From: Camelus ferus
Taxonomy: Eukaryota
DNA: 64,000 nucleotides
Direction of reading: 5' to 3'
NCBI RefSeq assembly: GCF_009834535.1
Contig: NC_045697.1
Location: 60,142,001 to 60,206,000 of the forward strand
Shown: positions 38,240 to 52,500 of the stretch, piece by piece
Position numbering within the stretch: the stretch's first letter is position 1
How the letters are laid out: each line of letters starts with the position of its first letter
The notes under the pieces: generated by a model
The model's database searches: none
What the model was told of the DNA's origin: nothing
Seen by the model: the letters and a program-made list of their open reading frames with translations, nothing else
Translations under genes and position numbers: made by a program

Positions 38240-39390
38240 TTTTAAAATAGCTTTATGGGCTAGAATTTACATCTTATACAATTCACCCATTGAAAGTATA
38301 CATTTCAGTCCTTTTTTTTTTTAAGCATTCTCACAGATATGTATAATCTTCACCACAGTCAAATTTAGACCATTTTTACCACCTCAAACAGAAAGCCCTT
38401 CATCCTTCTTCTATTATCCTCCTATCCTACTGTTCCCCCTCCCACTTCTAAACAACAGCTATTCTACTTTTTGTCTCCATAGATGTCTTTGGTCTGTACA
38501 TTTCATATGAAAGGAATAATATAATATGTGGTCTTTTGTGACCAAATTCTTTCATTTAGCATAATACGTTCAAGGTTCATCCATGTATCAGGCATGCATC
38601 ACTGTTTTATTCATCTTTATGGCTGAATAATAGTCCATTGTATGGATATACCAGTTTGTTTATCCATTAATCAATTCATAGAATTTGGATTGTTTCTATC
38701 TGTTGGCTATTGTGAATAATGCTAGTATAAACCTTCATGTACAAGTTTTGTGTTGATTTATGTTTTCATTTCTCTTTTTGGTATAAACCTAGGAATAGAA
38801 TTGCTGGATCTTATGGTAAAACTATATTGAATTGTTTGAGAAACCACCAGAATGTTTTCCAAAATGGCTACACCATTTTAAATTCCCACTATCAGTGTAT
38901 GAAGGCTCCAGTTTTTCCATATCCTCACCAAAAGTTGTTACTTTTTGATTATAGTCATCCTAGTGGGTATGAACTGGTATTTCATGAGGTTATGATTTAC
39001 ATTTCTCTGATGACTAATAAGATTGAGCATCTTTTCATGTGCTTATTGACCATTTGTATATCTTCCTTGGAGAAATGTTTATTCAGATACATTGCCCATT
39101 TTTAAATTGGGTTATTTGTCTTTCTACTATTGAGTTATAAGAGGTTTTTCTTTGTATTTTCTTAATTCAAGTCCAGTATCAGGTATATGATTTACAGATA
39201 TTTTCTTCTATTCTTTGGATTGCCTTTCACTCTCTTAATGGTGTCCTTTAAAACACATGCATTTTTTAAAATTTGATGAAGTACAATTTATCTGTTTTTC
39301 TCTTGTTGTAACTTTGTGCTTTTGATGTCATAGCTAAAGAATCCTTCGTCAAATCCAAGATCATGAAGATTTATTCCTATGTTTTCATAA
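38240..39390 (-). mobile_element. L1MB-type element: ORF2 end plus 3' UTR
   Basis: Colinear L1MB motifs 'aattcacccattgaaagtataca', 'aatatgtggtcttttgtgac', 'aggaatagaattgctggatcttatggtaa', 'aaatccaagatcatgaagattt'. ORF 38737-39105 is the antisense reading of ORF2. Confidence 0.92.
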
Positions 39391-42300
39391 TTTTCTTTCA
39401 CAGTTAACCTGGCTAGAGGCATATTGAAAGAACTAGCTTTTCATCTTGTTGATTTTCTCTGTTGATTTCCTATTTTAAATTTCATTGGTTTCTTTTCTAA
39501 TTCTTATTACTTATTTTCTTCTGCTTACATTGAGTTTAATATTCTCTTTTTTCTAATTTCCTAAAGTTATTTTATTTATTCATCATTTTAATAGACATTT
39601 TCACTTCTGAAAAGACCACTGTTTTTATTGCAGGAAATACAAAAAGAAGAAAGACAGGAAGGAAAAAATATTTATTATTTACTTTTGATTTCCATCATAC
39701 CACATCCATACAAAAATTTAGTTTCACCTACGTGCAGAATTAGTCTTCCCATATGTATTGATGAAGAAATGGAGGATCAGAGATAACCAGTTTTGCTTAA
39801 TACAGGTCAAGGACATAAGCCCAAGCAAAGGTTCTTTCTACCATTATACTGACTTTCACTGATAACAATGGAAAATGTCCCTTTAGATATACATTTAGAG
39901 AGAATAAATGACACGTTTAAAGAAAGAATTTTCAACATAGATGTCTTTGACATTTCAAAATATCTAGCTTAATAATACTTGATTTTCCCAACTGCAGGTT
40001 TAAAAAAAACCTGAAGCAAAATTATAATACATATTTTTTATTTTACTTTCTTTACTAGAACTACTCATTTTTGGGGTCAGGTCCCTCAATCACAATTTTT
40101 AAACAAATTTCTTAAGTACTTAAACATTCTAGGCCTTCCTTATGTCAGACTCACTTATGATATCCAATCTTTAACAAATAATAATCTCTTCCCTCCTCTA
40201 CCTTTAAATTATTTTATAAACCCCTAAAGCTCCCAAAGGGACAATATAACATTCAAGAGGAGGCATTGACCAAACTAGTAAAGGTTAGAAGAAAAATTTC
40301 AGGTCTTAGTGGAACAAGCTTAAAGATTTCTCTCTGAATGGGATCTGGAGCTACCTTAATCCTTTTTTTTTTTTTTTAAATCAGTGTCACTGGAGACTTT
40401 CTCTATTGTATAGAAAAGAATCAAGATGAATTAGTTATACTCCACTTGTGTTACCAAGGCATTTCCTAACCTTCTGTAAAATCTCCATACTGTAGCATCG
40501 AGAAATGATTAACCATTTGCTAGGAAAACGCAAAAAATACAGTATTCAAAGTTCTTGGCTTAAAAAGTCATACAAAAAAATTTACGATTTCCTGATAGCT
40601 TGCCTATTATCTGATAAGATGAATGCAAACATTCTATTTAAAAGACATTTTCTCAAATTTTTAAAATGCTGTTACTTACATAGCTTACCTCTTTGTTATT
40701 TAAAAAAAATGGATGGAAAAATAAAAACCTTCTACCTTAACATGGTTCTTTGCCCTACCTGACTTTCTTTCTTACTACTTCTGGAGTCCCTTTGCTGATA
40801 CCCTTTGCTGTTGCTGTTCATCACATTTGGGACATCAGCAGAGTAGAAGTTTTCTTGTCACACATTTTAGAAGACACTTATGCTTTATTTTCCTTGCCAT
40901 CAGTCTCAAGTTTTTCATGCTGAAAGATATGCCTTGCTTTGCTGTTTGCCCCTACACAGTCCTGTAAGATCTTATCACTTCCTGGCTGGATATAGTATCT
41001 TCTGGTTTTGCCAGAGGCACCTCAGTTTCCCTGAGTAGAAATCACTAAGGACCTAATGAACTCATTCTAGTCACTACCAGGACTGCTACCACTGCTGAAA
41101 TTGTGTCTTTATTGTCACTGACTTTACAACTCATTGCTGGAAATTTCGTAAAGGGAACATCTACATTTGTTCACTATTGGATATTTGTATCCCAGACAGG
41201 ATCCACTTTTGGAGGAATGTCAGCCTTCTTGCTAAGGAGATTGGAAGCTACCAGGATTGTTTCCACTAATCCAAAGTGAGAGTTCAACTTAGTCATGAAG
41301 AATATCAGTAAGTAACTTGTTATTCATTTTAAATGCATAAAATCATATACTGTTAGAGCAGTAATTGACTAGAGAGAGAAAGTCTAATGTTCTGTTTTTA
41401 TAGATAAGGAAACTAAGGCAAGTTTCACCTTATTCATCCTGTTAATTTCTTTCCATCACATATATTGCCTTCACTCTGTAAAGTGGGTCTTTAAGGATTT
41501 TACCACATATTTTTTAAGAAGAGATGGAATGTTTAAACATGTTTAATGATGAGAATTAAAATAAGCCTCATTGAATCTCTAAAAATTATTGAAAACTTAG
41601 CATATGAATATTTCATGGTAAAAAGAAACAAGGTGGTCATGGAGGGGAGAAACAAAATTTAACAGGTTTTCTAAGTCTATAATTATACCTATGGAGTCTA
41701 AATTCTAAAGGGAAACAGGCACACACACATGCATGCATGCAAATAGTAAACAGGTAACAATCCTAAGCTATGATATGGTTCTTTGCTATTTGTATAAGAT
41801 TTAACCATTCCAGATTAATACTTTTCTTTGTTATTTAGAAGTGTCTAATGTCTAGGTAGGAAGACTCCAGAGTTTTCTGCATAGTCAGGTTAAGCCTAAA
41901 ATGATTATAAAGTCTCTATATCTGATTTACTTTTTCTTTCCATTAGAATGAAAAAAAAAACACTTTATGTTTTATTGAAAAAGTTAGTCTGATCGTTTTC
42001 AGTGCATTATACTCTAAAATTATATTTTGGGAGCCTGAATAAAGACATAAATTGTCAATAAATATGACCTACAAGAAATATTAACACACTGAAATATAAT
42101 TAATTTATATAGAAACTATAGACAAATGCATGAATGAGTAGAAAAAACTAGACAATAATAAAAATGTATATGTACATGTACCATGAACACATAAATGAGA
42201 TTCTGTCTGGAATTGACAAATTCTTTAATAAAATAAAGTGGGAGAATATAATTGAAAGACATTGGGGTGGGTGAGGTGGAATGGAGCTGGTAAGGGAGTG

Positions 42301-42754
42301 AAGGTGAATCAATGTATCAATTTTAGATTTGGTGAATCAATGTATCTCTGAATTGTAAATTTCACATGAAACCAGAATAATGAAGCTGATTCAGCAGAGC
42401 ACAAATCTGAGCATCTGCATTCCAGGTGAAATGTGAATGGGAAAAACTTGTCTTGTTTGGGAAAAAAATGAGCAAGTATGGATAAAACATTGATAACCAT
42501 GGGAAAGTGGTTTGAGATGAGATTGGAGAGGTTACCATAGACCACAATATGGTAAGATGTTGGGCTTAAGTACAATAGAAAGCCACAGGAGATGTTTGAT
42601 CAGAGGAGTATTATTATTTGATACATGCTTTAAAAATCACTCTGGCTGCAGTATGGACAGCACACTTCTGCTTTTCTTCCATATGGTTGATATAAACTGG
42701 CAAATGCATTCTCATGAATGAAGTAAGATTCCTCCTTTTCTCAGTCTTTCTCTC

Positions 42755-42756
<2 letters not shown>

Positions 42757-42796
<40 letters not shown>
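42757..42796 (+). repeat. (TG)20 microsatellite
   Basis: Perfect dinucleotide run read directly. Confidence 0.97.
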
Positions 42797-42799
<3 letters not shown>

Positions 42800-43039
42800 G
42801 TTTTGTTTCCCCAAGCAATCTTTGGAAACTCCAGTGGGATAGTTAGAAAGATCTTATAGAGCCACAAGAGGTTATGGGCTATGGATTTAAATTCCTTGTA
42901 GTGACACAGGATATGTGATTGAATAATGGAATATTATAGAAAAATTCAGTTTAACTTTATTTACCACAGAGATACCAGTGAAATTCAGTGAGGGAAAAAT
43001 GTTATTTTCAATAAACAGGAGCAATTTGACTTCCCTTTG

Positions 43040-44185
43040 AAAAAAAAGGTAAACATTAACCCTTTTCCTCATATAGTACATCAGAAGTATTTAGAGAAGA
43101 ATCATATATAAGTGTGGAATGTAAAACAATAAAGCATTTGAATTATAGGAAAATACGTACATGATCTTGGTACAGGCAAAGATTTTTGAAACAGAATCCC
43201 AAAACACAAGCAGACAATAAACACTGAATTTCAGTAAAATTTTTGACATCCATTTATAGATAAATAGATACATAGATAATACAGATTTAACAAAGGACTC
43301 AAATCCAGAATATATAAATATTTCCTAGGAATCTGAGAAAGATAAAAGAACTAATTTTTTTTAAATGAGCAAAAAACTCAATAGCTACTTTGAAAAAGAG
43401 GATATTCAAATAGCCAATGAACATCCTAAAATGTGTTAACATCATTACTCCTCAGTGAAATGCAAATTAATACCACAATGAGGTTCCTTTAGCCACTCAT
43501 CCAATAGCTAACTGATGAAAAGAGTGATGATACAAAGTGTCAGTGAACATGTGAAGCAATTGAATTCTCATATATATTGTTATTTGAATGTTAAGTGCAT
43601 CAACACTTTGGAACACAGTTTGGCATTATTTACTTCATTTAATTAAATGCTTACTCTTTGACTAACAGTTTCACTCTTAAGTTTATGATCAAGTGAAAAT
43701 AGTGCATATGTTCAGCAAAAGACATGAGTATAAGAATATTTATTACAGCTTTACACTTAAGAGGTAAAAATGGAATTAGCTCAAAGTTCCATCATAAAAT
43801 AGTGGGTAAATAAAATATGGCTCATTGTAAAATGAAACTTTACCTAGAAATAGAATAAGATTAATACTATAGATAGACACCTTAGAATTGATGAATTTCA
43901 GACAGCATTTGGAGCAAAAGAAGCCAGAAAATAATTGGTTATGCTTTCACATATTTGAAATTTAAGTAGAGGCAATACTAACTGATGATATTAGAATACA
44001 GAATAGTGATTACTTTGGGATAATATTAATGGGTAGAGGGTAAAGGGGAAATTTGAGGGCTGCAATATACTTTATGATGATTTAGCTGTAAATTACATTA
44101 GTACATGTATGTGTAAAAAATTATTGATATTATGCACTTATGATTAGCTCACCTTTCTGTATGTTTCTGACGTGTCACTTAAAAG
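43040..44185 (+). mobile_element. Old L1 (L1MD/ME): ORF2 C-terminal region plus 3' UTR
   Basis: 'acaaaggactcaaatccagaatatataaa', 'aaagaggatattcaaatagccaatgaaca', 'gaaatgcaaattaataccacaatgag' and 'gagcaaaagaagccaga'. Confidence 0.85.
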
Positions 44186-45988
44186 TAAACAAACAAAATC
44201 ATTTGAGTTTTCACTCTCAAATTGCAAATTAACATATGTTTGGTATATCCCTAACTGGACTCCAAAGCCATGAGACAGAATGAGCTAATGTAAAAAACAA
44301 AATGAAGCCATACCAGTTCTGTTTGAAACAAAGTATATTCTAATTCAGTATCAGTTGAAAAAAACAAAAACAAAACCAAAATAACAACAATGAAAAAACA
44401 ACCGTGAGAGGAAAAAAATGTAAATTTTCTGAGGAAAGGCCATTGTAATATCACAACTAATGAACTGTTATTACCCTGGACAACACAAACACAGTGGATG
44501 GTTGGAAGAGTAGTCAAGATCGGTAAGAGAGATGGCAAAAAAGCATGATGATACAAAAGAATCCAGAAAATATAAAGATAAAATGGTACAGAAATATTCA
44601 AGATTACTCAACATCACTGTTTAATACAGGTAGAAAACATTAAATTCTTTTAACACAAACATTTCCCTATATTTTCTACATACTAAATTAGTAACCTTCC
44701 AGTCTTAAAAGCAGATGCTACCATTAAGGCTATATTTCACACAGTTTTTCCCCCTTACATCTATGCTAGTTCACACTTAACTTCCTTCAGAAATCTTGTA
44801 TATATACCATATGGTCCTGGTGATTTATTGGACGTGAATTACTCTTCTTGCTCTATAACTCTCTCATTTTAGACGTCAGTCTTTGTCAAGGGCACCATCT
44901 GATGCTCTATGAAAACTGCCTTAGGAATAGAAATTTTCCCAAAGTTCTCTCAAGTGTTCTAATATGAAAACCATTTTTTTCCCTTCATCTTTCTGTTAGC
45001 AACTTTAAAAATTCTCCTGAAGGACTTAGAGCTCTCATTATAGTTCATTTACTTAATGTACATACTTTCCAACTTTTCTTGTACTTTTTTGTATTTCTTA
45101 TTGCAATTGACTATATTTGGCTAACCTTCTGCTGAACTTTCACCATTGTTTGATTTAAATAAAATCTGTACAATTCTACATCTAATCCTTAGGAAATTTG
45201 AAATATAATACAAATAATAAATCACTTAAGTAATAATAATTAGAATAACAGTTCACATTCTCTAACTTGATTGATTTTTATCAAAGGAAAATTTTCTAAG
45301 GTCCTATGTAGTTTCAGATTATGTTTTCAAAGCTAGGAAAAATTGCTGGTTGTAGTATATAAGCCAACTGAATTAAAATAGAACCCATGTTACCCAAGTG
45401 AAATTATCTACATTCATTTCAGTAAGTATTCTAACAGGCTGTGTCTTGGAATTTACATATAACTATTTAAAAAGAAGAGTCTTCATTTTGTTGTAATGAA
45501 TAAAAACTGTCTTATATTTATTCATCATCCATATACATAAACAAATATGTTTTCATTCATACCATTCACAGTTATTGAGCATCAGCAAAGACTATGTCAC
45601 CTCTGTCCAGGGGACTTACAGATACTCCTAATACTTCTTAAAGTTAAAAAAAAAAAATCATATACATGTTTATGTTTGTCCATGTAAGAGTGTAGGATGT
45701 GGATATTGAGGAATTTAATCATGATACGACTCCCATTCCATCCTGATGGCCTACTAAATTACTTCCTGTCGGGTTTCTTCTCCTGTTTATTTTAAAAAAT
45801 ACATGGCCACCTATGTGTCAGTTTAGGCCATCCTATAGTATTTAGAAAAAGCTTCCACTGGATATTACACTGTGTTAGATAACCATTATTAGGAGCATAT
45901 GGACAAAATTCAAGAGTGATTCTTACTCTTCTTAAAGCCAAAGAAAACAAGCCTTGAAATTATCCTGAATTCCTAAATAACTCACCTT

Positions 45989-46004
45989 CCCCCCCCCCCC
46001 CCCC
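45989..46004 (+). repeat. Poly-C run (C16)
   Basis: Read directly. Confidence 0.95.
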
Positions 46005-46643
46005 GTTTTAAACGGCCACCTTTAAAAGAAGCATTACTAGACTTTGTGTTAGAGATTTTTCTACATTACCACCCTATTTGCAAACTGTACAGGGAAATGC
46101 CTTTGGAATATGTGTGGTCACCAAATGAGCTGTGCATAGAGGATGGATGCATGTCTTTTCCTGAGAAGCCTGAGCACCTTCATCTCTGCAGAAGTCAGCT
46201 CAGTTAAGAGACCCACCTTCTGATGGTCACTATTAGCCAGTCACAGAAGAACAAAACCTGCTTCATTGTACTTATTTAAGATATCATAGCAGCAGGGAAT
46301 AGAATGCTGATTCTCTATGATAGCACCATAAAGAGGTTTATTTTTCTTTATTTGAAGAGGAATGAAAGCTCTAAGGTAGGAAGGTGGTATCATTAGATTT
46401 ACCTTTGAAAATATATGGCTGCTATGGGAGTGAACTATTAGAAGAGGACCAAAGTAGATACAAAGAAGAATTTTTGTTAAATGTGAATGAATTTCTAAAA
46501 TGGTGGTATAAGTAGTAGTAAAGATGGAGATTTAAGCACATGAATACTCGGAGATAATAGAAAGCAAAACCATTCGTACTTTGTGATAGACTGGGTATGT
46601 TAGCTGAAAGACAGTGAGGTGTCAATGATGACTCCTTAGTTTC

Positions 46644-47067
46644 TGTGGAATCCACAGACATCTGGCAGATTCCTGCTCCAAGGCCCCTCAGGCGCCTGGC
46701 TGCTGCCCTTTGAAGATAACAAAGAACATTCCTTCCCTAATACATACCTGCCTTAGCTGAGATAATGATCTTCTTTACAATGCCCAGAAGCCTGACCACG
46801 AGGACCAGTCACAACCCCCTACAAAACTCCCCAGCCATACCCTTTCACAACCGCCTTTGTGTCCTTTGTCATGTAAGCACAAGGAGTTTAAGGTTGCCCT
46901 ACCTTTTAGGAAACTCAGCAATGGAACCTAGGCATACAGACACCTCTCCTCTGTGGCCCACTGTTGCCTCTAGCAATGTATCAATCTAATAAACCCCTTT
47001 ACTATCTCAGTCCTTTGTTTCTGATAAATTCTTTTACCACCTGCATACAGGCCCAACAAATCCCACA
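46644..47067 (+). mobile_element. Intact-looking solo LTR of unassigned ERV family, inserted into a minus-strand L2
   Basis: Ends tgtggaat...atcccaca form an imperfect inverted repeat; AATAAA near 46988; flanks gtttc/ttttc; the host L2 'gatgactccttagtttc|tagttacc' rejoins across it. Confidence 0.8.
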
Positions 47068-49739
47068 TTTTCTAGTTACCATAAATGTATGAATGATAGA
47101 GCTCTTTCCTAGGATATGTAAAGTAGGAGGAAGGACATATTTGAGTGTGTAGTAGGAGAGAGAGCTGGGGTTCAGTTTTGGATGATCTGAGTGTCTCACC
47201 GACATTTAATATAGGCCATGGGGCCTGTTACAGACATGTCCCGAGCAAATGGAGACCTACCTTGCTTCCCTGTTAAGTTATATCCTGTCCTATTAAGCGT
47301 GCCTTATGTCCTTATTTGCTTTCTTAGTACATATTACATTTACTCTTAACTTACTTGTCTATATATTTTTGTCATTCCCTTTCTTCTCAACTGGAATAAA
47401 TTTGTGAAAAGAATTAAATTACTTCCTAAGATCCAACTCCTTTCATTCTTCTCTCATCCCTTCAAATACTTGTTGAGCAGTTAGTATGTTCCATGAATGA
47501 TTCCAGCCAGGCACCTGGAATAAAGCCAGTGTACTAGATGGAGTTCTGACAACTGACATTTTAGGGACCAGTGCCATGACTGGAAGCCAGGTATTTTCTA
47601 CTGTTCGTCAGTATTCTCCCAAACACTGTACTGACTCCTAATACTGATACAGATCTGCCTTTTAACAGAACCAAAAACTAGGAAAATAAATGGTCTCAGC
47701 AAAAGTACTGGTGGAAATAATAAAAGTAACCAGTGGAGGCAGAGAGAAAAGGTAAGAAATTGATGAAATGAGATTTGAGATTACTTCAAAGTTTACACAA
47801 TAGGGGGGAATAGAAAATTTATTTTTCACCCTTTTGGGAAAAGACTATAGCTCTTTGAAACTCTGAATTCTCATGTAGTAGAAGCCAATAATTTAGTTTC
47901 AGGGTCCAATGCTAAACTAAATTGGAGACAGTTTTCATCTACATCAATTTTTAATAAAAATTTGATTGCTATTTATACTTTGTGAACTCTGAGCATAGTT
48001 AACTATTGTTTTTTAGGAGGGAATGATTGAAAAAGAAGTGAAGGAAAGTGGGTTATTTCTTCATTACATTTAAAGAAAACGAATCAATAATAACATATAA
48101 TATATAGTTTTAAGTGTATGCTAATTCTGTTCCATTAATTAGTTTCCATACTCTAAATCTTATTATAAGTTACATCCTAGGTTAAAATATCTTTGTCTTA
48201 TTTTTGTTGTTGTTTCTTTTGTTTGGTCTTAAATGGGTTTTGCCTCACATATCAATACACTTTCTGAATGAGAAGAGTAACTATAGAATGTATTTTATTT
48301 TCAGTCTTTTTTGAAATTCATGAGATGACTTGGAATCACAATGAGAACACGTAGCATAGGAATTAAAGGAATAAAACAGAAGCACAACATGGTATATTTG
48401 TACTCTTCATCTTTACCCAACCCCTAGATCCATAGCTGGAACTAAAAGACGTAAGATTGTGACCTTGAAAATCTCCATCTCTCAAGTTTCTCCTATGTAT
48501 TAACTTAATCATTACTGATAAATCTCTGACTTTTAACTATATTATTCAAATAAATTAGGATATATGGGGCATTTCTTTGACTTGTATCTATATCAAATAA
48601 TATTGAATATGCATCTAATGAGGAAGTATTACACTGTGAAAGACTTTAGTGTCTACCTGAAGTGAAAGGGAAAGAGACTTTCTTCCCCATTTTTAGACAA
48701 TAGAGTAGGCAGAGGCTGAGTCTAATGCGGAAGAGAGCCTCACATGGATGCAAACTGGTTTATTCATCAAACTGAAGTTTTGGATGAGAGCAATAAATAA
48801 ATCTATTCACCCTTCATCTTTAGAGGGTACCTGCAGTGCACTGGGAAATGACTTCAATAATTGTATCCAGACATTCTCGCTTCAACTAGCACATTGGATA
48901 TTAGTCTCTGTGGAACGTCTGCAATTACTAACTGTCATGTGAAAATTTCCATCGTTTTTCATGGGAAGAATAGAAAAGAAATATATATATAACTGATTCC
49001 CTTGAACTGATAATTGACAGGTGAAAGTGAAGAAAGTAGGATTTGGACTCATACTATGAAATCATCTTGGGAAGAGGCATTAGAATCAAGGTGATGCATA
49101 GATCTTATAGATATTGCCCCAATACCTCTTTTTGAAAACCCCATTTATCATTTGAAAATAGGAATAATTGCAAAGTGTAATGCATTTCTCAATGGCGTTT
49201 ACTATAGTATTTAGGCTAAAAGTGATGATGGTTGCTAAAAATAAAACCCTCTTAAACTAGTATCATTTTCCCCCAGAGGGGAAAAGCTCCATAAAAGCAC
49301 TTTTGAGGGGAGTGGGAAGAGAGCATAATTACACTGGGAGAATAAAATTATGTTGTTTAATTTGGCAATTTAGAACTTCTATAAAGTAAACCAAATCTCA
49401 TCTCTTGTCAAATAGGTAAAATAAACACTGTCTTCTGGTGACAGTTGAATTTCAATTGACAAATGAGTATGATTTGAAACTAAGCTCTCATGAGTACCTT
49501 GTCAGGTATTCCCAGAAATTTAATCTGCTTCCACAGTTGCTAAAACATGGAGTAATACTGATGTCTATTTTTTGTGGTCAGTGTTCCATCCCTCATAAAA
49601 AATGTGCTAAATAAACTTGAATTATTATTAAAATATTTCTTGATTTTTATGAAAACCATTATGGGAAAGAAATGTTGGGTGAGAGATAGCATGTACATGA
49701 CACCTGTATGATACTGAAACCAGTACTAGTTGACCATGT

Positions 49740-50020
49740 TTAGGTCCATATGCATGCATAATGAGGATCAGATTGCTTACTTTTTGCACCAAATAAGTCA
49801 CTTCTTTACTCTATGAACTTTGATAAGTAACTTGATTTCTTATGTCTCAATGTCCAACTTGCAAAATGTAGGACACCATGTGTCCAAGAGCATGAAACTT
49901 GGGACCAGATTGATTTCATCCAAATCAGACCAATCCCTTACTAGTAGTCACAATGGAATTTCTTAATCTCCCTCTGATTTGCACTCCACATATGTAAAAT
50001 GAGAATAGTAATGGTAATTT
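49740..50020 (+). mobile_element. Two adjacent MIR fragments
   Basis: 'ctatgaactttgataagtaacttgatttcttatgtctca...ttgcaaaatg' and 'cacatatgtaaaatgagaatagtaatggta'. Confidence 0.6.
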
Positions 50021-52299
50021 CATTATGGAAATGAACCTTGTCTTCTTTGGAATCAGATATATCAAGATCTATTAAGTTTAATATGTCCTGATCTACCTGT
50101 TCTTATTCAAATTAAAAAAATCAGAAATATTTCCAGTACTATTTCCTCTACAGATCTTGGGAATCTACTTATAATAATGAGTTTTATCACAGCCAACTTT
50201 GTCATAGGCAAACAATCTTAGAAATAGGAGACAAATAATGAACTCAAATATCTCTAGAATTGTAACTGTCTCTAAAATATTGTCAATTACAGTTATTCCA
50301 AATTCAAATTGAAAATAAATTTTAACTGCTTATATTTTCATAATTACAAACATAATTAAATTGTTCAACTTTCTGCTGTTTATCATGAATTAAGAATCGT
50401 TGGTTTGCCTATTACATATTTTCCACTTTTGATACTGGTCTTACACAAAAGTATGGAAAGAAGGGAAGTCTATTTTCTCAAAATTATAATTTTTGTTTTT
50501 TATTAAGGTTCTTTGTCTCTCTCTGTCTCTCTTTTGTCTCTATCTGTCCATCTCTGTCTCTGTTTCTTCCCTTTAGTTTGGAAAGTGTTTTATTTAACTC
50601 TATATTTTAAGCTATTTCTTAGTAATTTAGAAAGAACTCAGTCAAATACATTTTTCTTGTGAGTTACAGCAGAAAAATACCATAATAGGGTTTCTACCTA
50701 GACTTTTGAAAAGTTTTGTTTTTTGTTTTTTCCCATTTGATTGGAAACAACAATACAGGGAGAAAAATGTAACAATTGGTAACAATTGATTTCTCAGGGC
50801 AGTATCACTCAGAGACCATAATTGAAAGCACTGACCTCACTAGGAAGAGCCCATTACCTGTTTCTATTACTGAAGTTTACTGAAGTGTTGCCTGTTGAGA
50901 GGTAGGTGAACTTACAGAGGAACACAGAATTTGTGTTGACCATCCAAGGAAGAATGCCATTGGATTAAATTATGAGAAGTAAACGACAGTCCATATTATT
51001 ATGTCTTCCTATTCTCAGTTTGTATTTAATGGGCTGAAAATGGCAACATCAGCATCCACTCTGCTAGTATCCAGGCTGGTACTGACTGTAGTGACACAGA
51101 AAGGCAAGTTCTATCTCGGTTGTCATTTAGTCTCTAATATAAATTTGTTTAAGTTTTTAATTACCGTGTTAGTAAAAAATTATCTTAACCTTTAAAGGCC
51201 TGAGTGGAAAGCCCATACTTATACAACTTCACATGAATTTTAAAGTGTTAAGTTTGTACAAATTTTAAAGTATCATAATAATAGATACATTCACCTATTG
51301 TTATTTTAATTATGTAAAACATTGGTTTTAGTTTAGAGACCTATCTTCTAAAGTAATTAAAGCAATGTTCTTTTAAACCATTTATAGCAACAAAGACATA
51401 AATAATGTTATATTTAAATTCAACAGAATAGTCCTCAGGACCACATTAAGGTATAAGGCAAAAAAGACTTCACATGTACCTCAAGCAATTCTCAAGCTAA
51501 AGTGAAAATTAATACTCCTTGAAGAGTTTATTTCCTGATTTTTTCACATGTTTTCTTACATAATTTCCAACTTCTATGTTTTAAATATTCCCCTTTTCTA
51601 GGAGTATATATTATGAGCACAGGGAAAAAAGCAGATTAAATAAAAAGATAAACATAAGCCAATCATTTTGTTCCTACCTGTCATTATAGAACTAGTCAAA
51701 TTTTCTCCACAAGTTTTGTTTCATTTGTATTTTTCTTTTTCAATCTTTCAGTTTAAAAACAAAAAGCAGTTGTAATAGCATTGAATATATGATTTTTTTT
51801 AAAGAATCAGTGAGAGAAACATCTATTTGGTATTTTTATGGCTATATATTGAAGTTGAAATAACAAAATAAGAAGAACTAAAGTATTTTTAAAATCTGAA
51901 ATATATAAATGAAGTTTTTAACTTCTTGGTATCTTATACGCACTATTAGATGTTTACCTTTAATTCAGCTTGCCATCATCCTAATTACATTAGGCTATGA
52001 TTAATGAAATTGTATATTTAACTATATAAAGTATATACATATGTATACATGTATATAACATGGTTCCAAGACAACCATTATATGACTAGGACAAAGTAGA
52101 CCCAAACAACTATTTTTTTAATAGCCAAAGCTCAGCACAGTACCTGACATATTAGACACTCAGCATGTATTGACTATTGAATTATAGTAATTTTCAGATA
52201 AACTAAAAATTAATATATCTTGTTATGACAGAATTTGGTAAAAGCTGCTTCTTTTCCAACATCTTATAATTCAAAACTAGTAGGGAAACAATAAAGGAG

Positions 52300-52500
52300 T
52301 TGCTAGGAGCTCAGACTTCACTTAATTTTGTGGATTGGTTCCTTTGCCTGGTGATCTTAATAGGTTTAATTCTCTCAGCTTGGCTTTCATCACAGTAACA
52401 ACTTTGTAGAATGTTTATAAATGTTATTGGGAAAATTTATGTAAATTATTTATAACGTATAGTATGTATTAGGTATTCAGTAAATACTAGCTACTACTGT
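52300..52500 (+). mobile_element. MIR
   Basis: 'ggtgatcttaataggtttaattctctcagcttggctttcatc' and tail 'ttaggtattcagtaaatactagctactact'. Confidence 0.6.
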
